Origin: Eledone cirrhosa | Taxonomy: Eukaryota | Assembly: GCA_964016885.1 (NCBI GenBank) | Contig: OZ024757.1 | Span: 10,168,001 to 10,232,000, forward strand | Length of the DNA stretch: 64,000 bases | Reading direction: 5' to 3' | Shown here: one piece after another, positions 1-10,939 of the stretch | Layout of the letters: the number at the start of each line of letters is the position of its first letter | Position numbering within the stretch: position 1 is the first letter of the stretch | Program-made: the position numbers and the translations under genes | The notes under the pieces: model-generated | The model's input: only the letters and a program-made list of their open reading frames with translations | Databases searched by the model: none | What the model was told of the DNA's origin: nothing

Positions 1-3000
1 GTTAAGTTAAGTCGGAGTAAAGTTAAGTTGGGGTTAAGTTAAGTTGGGGGTAAGTTAAGTTGTGGTTAAGTTAAGTTGGGGTTAAGTTGGGGTTAAGTTA
101 AGTTGGGGTTGAGTTAAGTTGGGGTTGAATTAAGTTGGGATTGAGTTAAGTTGGAGTTAAGTTAAGTTGGGGTTAAATTAAGTTGGGGGTAAGTTAAGTT
201 GTGGTTAAGTTAAGTTGGGGTTAAGTTGGGGTTAAGTTAAGTTGGGGTTGAGTTAAGTTGGGGTTGAATTAAGTTGGGATTGAGTTAAGTTGGAGTTAAG
301 TTAAGTTGGGGTTAAGTTAAGTTGGGGTTAAGTTAAGTTGGCGTTAAATTAAGTTGGGGTTAAGTTAAGTTGGGGTTACGTTAAGTTGGGGTTAAGTTAA
401 GTTGGGGTTAAGTCAAGTTGGGGTTAAATCAAGTTGGGGTTAACTTAAGTTTGGATTAACTTAAGTTGGGTTAACTTAAGTTGGGATTAAGTTGGGGTTA
501 ACTTAAGTTGGGGTTAAGTTAAGTTGGGGTTGAGTTAAGTTGGGGTTGAGTTAAGTTGGGGTTGAGTTAAGTTGGGGTTAAGTTAAGTTGGGGTTAAGTT
601 AAGTTGGGGTTAAGTTAAGTTGGGATTAGATTAAGTAGGAGTTAAGTTAAGTTGGGGTTAAGTTAAGTTGTGGTTAAGTTAAGTTGGGGTTAAGTTAAGT
701 TGGGGTTAAGTTAAGTTGGGGTTAACTTAAGTTGGAGTTAAGTTAAGTTGGGGTTAAGTTAAGTTGAGGCTAAGTTAAGTTGGGGCTGAGTTAACTTGGG
801 GTTAAGTTAAGTTGGGGTTAAGTTAAGTTGGGGTTAAGGTAAGTTGGGGTTAAGTTAAGTTGGGGTTAAGTTAAGTTGGGGTTAACTTAAGTTGGGGTTA
901 ACTTAAGTTGGGGTTAAGTTGGGGTTAACTTAAGTTGGGGTTAATTTAAGTTGGGGTTGAGTTAAGTTGGGGTTGATTTCAGTTTGGGTTGAGTTAAGTT
1001 GGGGTCGAGTTAAGTTGGGGTTGTGTTAAGTTGGGGTTAAGTTAAGTTGGGGTTAAGTTAAGTTGGGGTTGAGTTAAGTTGGGATCGAGGTAAGTTGGGG
1101 TTGAGTTAAGTTGGGGTTAAGTTAAGTTGGGGTTAACTTAAGTTGGGGTTAACTTAAGTTGGGGTTAAGTTAAGTTGGGGTTAAGTTAAGTTGGGGTTAA
1201 GTTAAGTTGGGGTTAAGTTAAGTTGGGGTTAAGTTAAGTTGGGGTTGAGTTAAGTTAGGGTCGAGTTAAGTTGGGGTTGAGTTAATTTGGGGTTGAATTA
1301 AGTTGGGGTTAGGTTAAGTTGGGGTTAAGTTAAATTTGGTTTAAGTTAAGTTGGGGTTAAGTTAAGTTGGGGTTAAGTTAAGTTGGGATTAGATTAAGTT
1401 AGGGTTAAGTTAAGTTGGGGTTGAGTTAAGTTGGGGTTAAGTTAAGTTGGCGTTAAGTTAAGTTGGGGTTAAGTTAAGTTGGGGTTAAGTTAAGTTGGGG
1501 TTAAGTTAAGTTGGGGTTAAGTTAAGTTGGGGTTAAGTTAAGTTGGAGTTAAGTTAAGTTGGGGTTAAGTCAAGTTGGGGTTGAGTTAATTTGGGGTTAA
1601 GTTAAGTTGGGGTTAAGTTAAGTTGGAGTTAAGTTAAGTTGGGGTTAAGTCAAGTTGGGGTTGAGTTAATTTGGGGTTGAATTAAGTTGGGGTTAGGTTA
1701 AGTTGGGGTTAAGTTAAGTTTGGTTTAAGTTAAGTTGGGGTTAAGTTAAGTTGGGGTTAAGTTAATTTGGGGTTAAGTTAAGTTGGGGTTGAGTTAAGTT
1801 GGGGTTGATTTAAGTTGGGGTTGAATTAAGTTGGGGTCGAGTTAAGTTGGGGTTGAGTTAAGTTGGGGTTAAGTTAAGTTGGGGTTAAGTTAAGTTGGAG
1901 TTAAGTTAAGTTGGGGTTAAGTTAAGTTGGGGTTAAGTTAAGTCGGAGTAAAGTTAAGTTGGGGTTAAGTTAAGTTGGGGGTAAGTTAAGTTGTGGTTAA
2001 GTTAAGTTGGGGTTAAGTTGGGGTTAAGTTAAGTTGGGGTTGAGTTAAGTTGGGGTTGAATTAAGTTGGGATTGAGTTAAGTTGGAGTTAAGTTAAGTTG
2101 GGGTTAAGTTAAGTTGGGGTTAAGTTAAGTTGGCGTTGAATTAAGTTGGGGTTAAGTTAAGTTGGGGTTACGTTAAGTTGGGGATAAGTTAAGTTGGGGT
2201 TAAGTCAAGTTGGGGTTAAATCAAGTTGGGGTTAACTTAAGTTTGGATTAACTTAAGTTGGGTTAACTTAAGTTGGGATTAAGTTGGGGTTAACTTAAGT
2301 TGGGGTTAAGTTAAGTTGGCGTTGAGTTAAGTTGGGGTTGAGTTAAGTTGGGGTTGAGTTAAGTTGGGGTTGAGTTAAGTTGGGGTCGAGTTAAGTTGGG
2401 GTTGATTTAAGTTGGGGTTAAGTTAAGTTGGGGTTAAGTTAAGTTGGGGTTAAGTTAAGTTGGGATTAGATTAAGTAGGAGTTAAGTTAAGTTGGGGTTA
2501 AGTTAAGTTGTGGTTAAGTTAAGTTGGGGTTAAGTTAAGTTGTGGTTAAGTTAAGTTGGGGTTAAGTTAAATTTGGTTTAAGTTAAGTTGGGGTTAAGTT
2601 AAGTTGGGATTAGATTAAGTTGGGGTTAAGTTAAGTTGGGGTTGAGTTAAGTTGGGGTTAAGTTAAGTTGGCGTTAAGTTAAGTTGGGGTTAAGTTAAGT
2701 TGGGGTTAAGTTAAGTTGGAGTTAAGTTAAATTGGGGTTAAGTCAAGTTGGGGTTGAGTTAATTTTGGGTTAAGTTAAGTTGGGGTTAAGGTAAGTTGGA
2801 GTTAAGTTAAGTTGGGGTTAAGTCAAGTTGGGGTTGAGTTAATTTGGGGTTGAATTAAGTTGGGGTTAGGTTAAGTTGGGGTTAAGTTAAGTTTGGTTTA
2901 AGTTAAGTTGGGGTTAAGTTAAGTTGGGGTTAAGTTAAGTTGGGGTTAAGTTAAGTTGGGGTTGATTTAAGTTGGGGTTGATTTAAGTTGGGGTTGAATT

Positions 3001-6000
3001 AAGTTGGGGTCGAGTTAAGTTGGGGTTGAGTTAAGTTGGGGTTAAGTTAAGTTGGGGTTAAGTTAAGTTGGAGTTAAGTTAAGTTGGGGTTAAGTTAAGT
3101 TGGGGTTAAGTTAAGTCGGAGTAAAGTTAAGTTGGGGTTAAGTTAAGTTGGGGGTAAGTTAAGTTGTGGTTAAGTTAAGTTGGGGTTAAGTTGGTGTTAA
3201 GTTAAGTTGGGGTTGAGTTAAGTTGGGGTTGAATTAAGTTGGGATTGAGTTAAGTTGGAGTTAAGTTAAGTTGGGGTTAAGTTAAGTTAGCGTTAAATTA
3301 AGTTGGGGTTAAGTTAAGTTGGGGTTACGTTAAGTTGGGGTTGAGTTAAGTTGGGGTCGAGTTAAGTTGGGGTTGAGTTAAGTTGGGGTTAAGTTAAGTT
3401 GGGGTTAAGTTAAGTTGGGGTTAAGTTAAGTTGGGGTTGAGTTAATTTGGGGTTAAGTTAAGTTGGGGTTAAGTTAAGTTGGAGTTAAGTTAAGTTGGGG
3501 TTAAGTCAAGTTGGGGTTGAGTTAATTTGGGGTTGAATTAAGTTGGGGTTAGGTTAAGTTGGGGTTAAGTTAAGTTTGGTTTAAGTTAAGTTGGGGTTAA
3601 GTTAAGTTGGGGTTAAGTTAAGTTGGGGTTAAGTTAAGTTGGGGTTGATTTAAGTTGGGGTTGATTTAAGTTGGGGCTGAATTAAGTTGGGGTCGAGTTA
3701 AGTTGGGGTTGATTTAAGTTGGGGTTAAGTTAAGTTGGGGTTTAGTTAATTTGGGGTTAAGTCAAGTTGGGGTTAAGTCAAGTTGGGGTTAAGTTAAGTT
3801 GGGGTTAAGTTAAGTCGGGGTTAAGTTAAGTTGGGGTTAAGTTAAGTCGGGGTTAAGTTAAGTTGGGGTTAAGTTAAGTTGGGGTAAGTTAAGTTGGGGT
3901 TAAGTTAAGTTGGGGTTTACTTAAGTTGGGGTTAAGTCAAGTTGGGGTAAGTTAAGTTGGGGTTAAGTTAAGTTGGGGTTTACTTAAGTTGGGGTTAAGT
4001 CAAGTTGGGGTTAAGTCAAGTTGGGGTTAAGTCAAGTTGGGGTTAAGTTAAGTTGGGGTTAAGTTAAGTTGGGGTTAAATTAAGTTGGGGTTAAGTTAAG
4101 TTGGGGTTAAGTTAAGTTGGCGTTAAGTTAAGTTGGGGTTAAGTTAACTTGGGGTTAAGTTAACTTGGGGTTAAGTTAAGTTGGGGTTAAGTCAAGTTGG
4201 GGTTAAATCAAGTTGGGGTTAACTTAAGTTTGGATTAACTTAAGTTGGGTTAACTTAAGTTGGGGTTAAGTTGGGGTTAACTTAAGTTGGGGTTAAGTTA
4301 AGTTGGGGTTAAGTTAAGTTGGGGTTGAGTTAAGTTGGGGCTGAGTTAAGTTGGGGTTGAGTTAAGTTGGGGTTGATTTAAGTTGGGGTCGAGTTAAGTT
4401 GGGGTTGAGTTAAGTTGCGGTTAAGTTAAGTTGGGGTTAAGTTAAGTTGGGGTTAAGTTAAGTTTGGTTTAAGTTAAGTTGGGGTTAAGTTAAGTTGGGG
4501 TTAAGTTAAGTTGGGATTAGGTTAAGTTGGGGTTAAGTTAAGTTGGGGTTAAGTTAAGTTGTGGTTAATTTAAGTTGGGGTTAAGTTAAGTTGGGGTTAA
4601 GTTGGTGTTAAGGTAAGTTGGGGTTAAGTTAAGTTGGGGTTAAGTTAAGTTGGGGTTAACTTAAGTTGGGGTTAACTTAAGTTGGGGTTAAGTTAAGTTG
4701 GGGTTCAGTTAAGTTGGGGTTAAGTTAAGTTGGGGTTAAGTTAAGTTGGGGTTGATTTAACTTGGGGTTGAGTTAAGTTGGAGTCGAGTTAAGTTGGGGT
4801 TGAGTTAAGTTGGGGTTAAATTAAGTTGGGGTTAAGTTAAGTTGGGGTTGAGTTAAGTTGGGGTTGATTTAACTTGGGGTTGAGTTAAGTTGGAGTCGAG
4901 TTAAGTTGGGGTTGAGTTAAGTTGGGGTTAAATTAAGTTGGGGTTAAGTTAAGTTGGAGTTAAGTTAAGTTGGGGTTAAGTTGGGGTTAAGTTAAGTTGG
5001 CGTTAAATTAAATTGGGGTTAAGTTAAGTTGGGGTTACGTTAAGTTGGGGTTAAGTTAAGTTGGGGTTAAGTCAAGTTGGGGTTAAATCAAGTTGGGGTT
5101 AACTTAAGTTTGGATTAACTTAAGTTGGGTTAACTTAAGTTGGGGTTAAGTTGGGCTTAACTTAAGTTGGGGTTAAGTTAAGTTGGGGTTGAGTTAAGTT
5201 GGGGTTGAGTTAAGTTGGGGTTGAGTTAAGTTGGGGTTGAGTTAAGTTGGGGTCGAGTTAAGTTGGGGTTGAGTTAAGTTGGGGTTAAGTTAAGTTGGGG
5301 TTAAGTTAAGTTGGGGTTAAGTTAAGTTGGGATTAGGTTAAGTTGGGGTTAAGTTAAGTTGGGGTTAAGTTAAGTCGGAGTAAAGTTAAGTTGGGGTTAA
5401 GTTAAGTCGGGGGTAAGTTAAGTTGTGGTTAAGTTAAGTTGGGGTTAAGTTGGGGTTAAGTTAAGTTGGGGTTGAGTTAAGTTGGGGTTGAATTAAGTTG
5501 GGATTGAGTTAAGTTGGAGTTAAGTTAAGTTGGGGTTAAGTTAAGTTGGGGTTAAGTTAAGTTGGCGTTAAATTAAGTTGGGGTTAAGTTAAGTTGGGGT
5601 TACGTTAAGTTGGGGTTAAGTTAAGTTGGGGTTAAGTCAAGTTGGGGTTAAATCAAGTTGGGGTTAACTTAAGTTTGGATTAACTTAAGTTGGGTTAACT
5701 TAAGTTGGGATTAAGTTGGGGTTAACTTAAGTTGGGGTTAAGTTAAGTTGGGGTTGAGTTAAGTTGGGGTTGAGTTAAGTTGGGGTTGAGTTAAGTTGGG
5801 GTTAAGTTAAGTTGGGGTTAAGTTAAGTTGGGGTTAAGTTAAGTTGGGATTAGATTAAGTAGGAGTTAAGTTAAGTTGGGGTTAAGTTAAGTTGTGGTTA
5901 AGTTAAGTTGGGGTTAAGTTAAGTTGGGGTTAAGTTAAGTTGGGGTTAACTTAAGTTGGGTTAACTTAAGTTGGGATTAAGTTGGGGTTAACTTAAGTTG

Positions 6001-9000
6001 GGGTTAAGTTAAGTTGAGGCTAAGTTAAGTTGGGGCTGAGTTAACTTGGGGTTAAGTTAAGTTGGGGTTAAGTTAAGTTGGGGTTAAGGTAAGTTGGGGT
6101 TAAGTTAAGTTGGGGTTAAGTTAAGTTGGGGTTAACTTAAGTTGGGGTTAACTTAAGTTGGGGTTAAGTTGGGGTTAACTTAAGTTGGGGTTAATTTAAG
6201 TTGGGGTTGAGTTAATTTGGGGTTGATTTCAGTTTGGGCTGAGTTAAGTTGGGGTCGAGTTAAGTTGGGGTTGTGTTAAGTTGGGGTTAAGTTAAGTTGG
6301 GGTTAAGTTAAGTTGGGGTTGAGTTAAGTTGGGATCGAGGTAAGTTGGGGTTGAGTTAAGTTGGGGTTAAGTTAAGTTCGGGTTAACTTAAGTTGGGGTT
6401 AAGTTAAGTTGGGGTTAAGTTAAGTTGGGGTTAAGTTAAGTTGGGGTTAAGTTAAGTTGGGGTTAAGTTAAGTTGGGGTTAAGTTAAGTTGGGGTTAAGT
6501 TAAGTTGGGGTTGAGTTAAGTTAGGGTCGAGTTAAGTTGGGGTTGAGTTAATTTGGGGTTGAATTAAGTTGGGGTTAGGTTAAGTTGGGGTTAAGTTAAA
6601 TTTGGTTTAAGTTAAGTTGGGGTTAAGTTAAGTTGGGGTTAAGTTAAGTTGGGATTAGATTAAGTTGGGGTTAAGTTAAGTTGGGGTTGAGTTAAGTTGG
6701 GGTTAAGTTAAGTTGGCGTTAAGTTAAGTTGGGGTTAAGTTAAGTTGGGGTTAAGTTAAGTTGGGGTTAAGTTAAGTTGGGGTTAAGTTAAGTTGGGGTT
6801 AAGTTAAGTTGGAGTTAAGTTAAGTTGGGGTTAAGTCAAGTTGGGGTTGAGTTAATTTGGGGTTAAGTTAAGTTGGGGTTAAGTTAAGTTGGAGTTAAGT
6901 TAAGTTGGGGTTAAGTCAAGTTGGGGTTGAGTTAATTTGGGGTTGAATTAAGTTGGGGTTAGGTTAAGTTGGGGTTAAGTTAAGTTTGGTTTAAGTTAAG
7001 TTGGGGTTAAGTTAAGTTGGGGTTAAGTTAATTTGGGGTTAAGTTAAGTTGGGGTTGAGTTAAGTTGGGGTTGATTTAAGTTGGGGTTGAATTAAGTTGG
7101 GGTCGAGTTAAGTTGGGGTTGAGTTAAGTTGGGGTTAAGTTAAGTTGGGGTTAAGTTAAGTTGGAGTTAAGTTAAGTTGGGGTTAAGTTAAGTTGGGGTT
7201 AAGTTAAGTCGGAGTAAAGTTAAGTTGGGGTTAAGTTAAGTTGGGGGTAAGTTAAGTTGTGGTTAAGTTAAGTTGGGGTTAAGTTGGGGTTAAGTTAAGT
7301 TGGGGTTGAGTTAAGTTGGGGTTGAATTAAGTTGGGATTGAGTTAAGTTGGAGTTAAGTTAAGTTGGGGTTAAATTAAGTTGGGGGTAAGTTAAGTTGTG
7401 GTTAAGTTAAGTTGGGGTTAAGTTGGGGTTAAGTTAAGTTGGGGTTGAGTTAAGTTGGGGTTGAATTAAGTTGGGATTGAGTTAAGTTGGAGTTAAGTTA
7501 AGTTGGGGTTAAGTTAAGTTGGGGTTAAGTTAAGTTGGCGTTAAATTAAGTTGGGGTTAAGTTAAGTTGGGGTTACGTTAAGTTGGGGTTAAGTTAAGTT
7601 GGGGTTAAGTCAAGTTGGGGTTAAATCAAGTTGGGGTTAACTTAAGTTTGGATTAACTTAAGTTGGGTTAACTTAAGTTGGGATTAAGTTGGGGTTAACT
7701 TAAGTTGGGGTTAAGTTAAGTTGGGGTTGAGTTAAGTTGGGGTTGAGTTAAGTTGGGGTTGAGTTAAGTTGGGGTTAAGTTAAGTTGGGGTTAAGTTAAG
7801 TTGGGGTTAAGTTAAGTTGGGATTAGATTAAGTAGGAGTTAAGTTAAGTTGGGGTTAAGTTAAGTTGTGGTTAAGTTAAGTTGGGGTTAAGTTAAGTTGG
7901 GGTTAAGTTAAGTTGGGGTTAACTTAAGTTGGAGTTAAGTTAAGTTGGGGTTAAGTTAAGTTGAGGCTAAGTTAAGTTGGGGCTGAGTTAACTTGGGGTT
8001 AAGTTAAGTTGGGGTTAAGTTAAGTTGGGGTTAAGGTAAGTTGGGGTTAAGTTAAGTTGGGGTTAAGTTAAGTTGGGGTTAACTTAAGTTGGGGTTAACT
8101 TAAGTTGGGGTTAAGTTGGGGTTAACTTAAGTTGGGGTTAATTTAAGTTGGGGTTGAGTTAAGTTGGGGTTGATTTCAGTTTGGGTTGAGTTAAGTTGGG
8201 GTCGAGTTAAGTTGGGGTTGTGTTAAGTTGGGGTTAAGTTAAGTTGGGGTTAAGTTAAGTTGGGGTTGAGTTAAGTTGGGATCGAGGTAAGTTGGGGTTG
8301 AGTTAAGTTGGGGTTAAGTTAAGTTGGGGTTAACTTAAGTTGGGGTTAACTTAAGTTGGGGTTAAGTTAAGTTGGGGTTAAGTTAAGTTGGGGTTAAGTT
8401 AAGTTGGGGTTAAGTTAAGTTGGGGTTAAGTTAAGTTGGGGTTGAGTTAAGTTAGGGTCGAGTTAAGTTGGGGTTGAGTTAATTTGGGGTTGAATTAAGT
8501 TGGGGTTAGGTTAAGTTGGGGTTAAGTTAAATTTGGTTTAAGTTAAGTTGGGGTTAAGTTAAGTTGGGGTTAAGTTAAGTTGGGATTAGATTAAGTTAGG
8601 GTTAAGTTAAGTTGGGGTTGAGTTAAGTTGGGGTTAAGTTAAGTTGGCGTTAAGTTAAGTTGGGGTTAAGTTAAGTTGGGGTTAAGTTAAGTTGGGGTTA
8701 AGTTAAGTTGGGGTTAAGTTAAGTTGGGGTTAAGTTAAGTTGGAGTTAAGTTAAGTTGGGGTTAAGTCAAGTTGGGGTTGAGTTAATTTGGGGTTAAGTT
8801 AAGTTGGGGTTAAGTTAAGTTGGAGTTAAGTTAAGTTGGGGTTAAGTCAAGTTGGGGTTGAGTTAATTTGGGGTTGAATTAAGTTGGGGTTAGGTTAAGT
8901 TGGGGTTAAGTTAAGTTTGGTTTAAGTTAAGTTGGGGTTAAGTTAAGTTGGGGTTAAGTTAATTTGGGGTTAAGTTAAGTTGGGGTTGAGTTAAGTTGGG

Positions 9001-10939
9001 GTTGATTTAAGTTGGGGTTGAATTAAGTTGGGGTCGAGTTAAGTTGGGGTTGAGTTAAGTTGGGGTTAAGTTAAGTTGGGGTTAAGTTAAGTTGGAGTTA
9101 AGTTAAGTTGGGGTTAAGTTAAGTTGGGGTTAAGTTAAGTCGGAGTAAAGTTAAGTTGGGGTTAAGTTAAGTTGGGGGTAAGTTAAGTTGTGGTTAAGTT
9201 AAGTTGGGGTTAAGTTGGGGTTAAGTTAAGTTGGGGTTGAGTTAAGTTGGGGTTGAATTAAGTTGGGATTGAGTTAAGTTGGAGTTAAGTTAAGTTGGGG
9301 TTAAGTTAAGTTGGGGTTAAGTTAAGTTGGCGTTGAATTAAGTTGGGGTTAAGTTAAGTTGGGGTTACGTTAAGTTGGGGATAAGTTAAGTTGGGGTTAA
9401 GTCAAGTTGGGGTTAAATCAAGTTGGGGTTAACTTAAGTTTGGATTAACTTAAGTTGGGTTAACTTAAGTTGGGATTAAGTTGGGGTTAACTTAAGTTGG
9501 GGTTAAGTTAAGTTGGCGTTGAGTTAAGTTGGGGTTGAGTTAAGTTGGGGTTGAGTTAAGTTGGGGTTGAGTTAAGTTGGGGTCGAGTTAAGTTGGGGTT
9601 GATTTAAGTTGGGGTTAAGTTAAGTTGGGGTTAAGTTAAGTTGGGGTTAAGTTAAGTTGGGATTAGATTAAGTAGGAGTTAAGTTAAGTTGGGGTTAAGT
9701 TAAGTTGTGGTTAAGTTAAGTTGGGGTTAAGTTAAGTTGTGGTTAAGTTAAGTTGGGGTTAAGTTAAATTTGGTTTAAGTTAAGTTGGGGTTAAGTTAAG
9801 TTGGGATTAGATTAAGTTGGGGTTAAGTTAAGTTGGGGTTGAGTTAAGTTGGGGTTAAGTTAAGTTGGCGTTAAGTTAAGTTGGGGTTAAGTTAAGTTGG
9901 GGTTAAGTTAAGTTGGAGTTAAGTTAAATTGGGGTTAAGTCAAGTTGGGGTTGAGTTAATTTTGGGTTAAGTTAAGTTGGGGTTAAGGTAAGTTGGAGTT
10001 AAGTTAAGTTGGGGTTAAGTCAAGTTGGGGTTGAGTTAATTTGGGGTTGAATTAAGTTGGGGTTAGGTTAAGTTGGGGTTAAGTTAAGTTTGGTTTAAGT
10101 TAAGTTGGGGTTAAGTTAAGTTGGGGTTAAGTTAAGTTGGGGTTAAGTTAAGTTGGGGTTGATTTAAGTTGGGGTTGATTTAAGTTGGGGTTGAATTAAG
10201 TTGGGGTCGAGTTAAGTTGGGGTTGAGTTAAGTTGGGGTTAAGTTAAGTTGGGGTTAAGTTAAGTTGGAGTTAAGTTAAGTTGGGGTTAAGTTAAGTTGG
10301 GGTTAAGTTAAGTCGGAGTAAAGTTAAGTTGGGGTTAAGTTAAGTTGGGGGTAAGTTAAGTTGTGGTTAAGTTAAGTTGGGGTTAAGTTGGTGTTAAGTT
10401 AAGTTGGGGTTGAGTTAAGTTGGGGTTGAATTAAGTTGGGATTGAGTTAAGTTGGAGTTAAGTTAAGTTGGGGTTAAGTTAAGTTAGCGTTAAATTAAGT
10501 TGGGGTTAAGTTAAGTTGGGGTTACGTTAAGTTGGGGTTGAGTTAAGTTGGGGTCGAGTTAAGTTGGGGTTGAGTTAAGTTGGGGTTAAGTTAAGTTGGG
10601 GTTAAGTTAAGTTGGGGTTAAGTTAAGTTGGGGTTGAGTTAATTTGGGGTTAAGTTAAGTTGGGGTTAAGTTAAGTTGGAGTTAAGTTAAGTTGGGGTTA
10701 AGTCAAGTTGGGGTTGAGTTAATTTGGGGTTGAATTAAGTTGGGGTTAGGTTAAGTTGGGGTTAAGTTAAGTTTGGTTTAAGTTAAGTTGGGGTTAAGTT
10801 AAGTTGGGGTTAAGTTAAGTTGGGGTTAAGTTAAGTTGGGGTTGATTTAAGTTGGGGTTGATTTAAGTTGGGGCTGAATTAAGTTGGGGTCGAGTTAAGT
10901 TGGGGTTGATTTAAGTTGGGGTTAAGTTAAGTTGGGGTT
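1..10939 (+). repeat. Tandem higher-order duplication, offset 7,197 bp (1-3742 matches 7198-10939; first copy truncated by the window edge)
   Basis: Markers recur at constant offset 7197: CGGAGTAAAG 13/7210, AGATTAAGTTAGGG 1401/8598, GGGGCTGAATT 3677/10874. The match ends at 3743 (T) versus 10940 (A). Confidence 0.9.
46..323 (+). repeat. Local 139-bp tandem duplication (8 x 16 + 11 bp) of a variant cassette
   Basis: The cassette GGGGGTAAG..GTGG..11-mer..TTGAG..TTGAA..GGGATTGAG..GGAG starts at 46 and again at 185. The same doublet occurs at 7243/7382 and 48572/48711. Confidence 0.85.
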
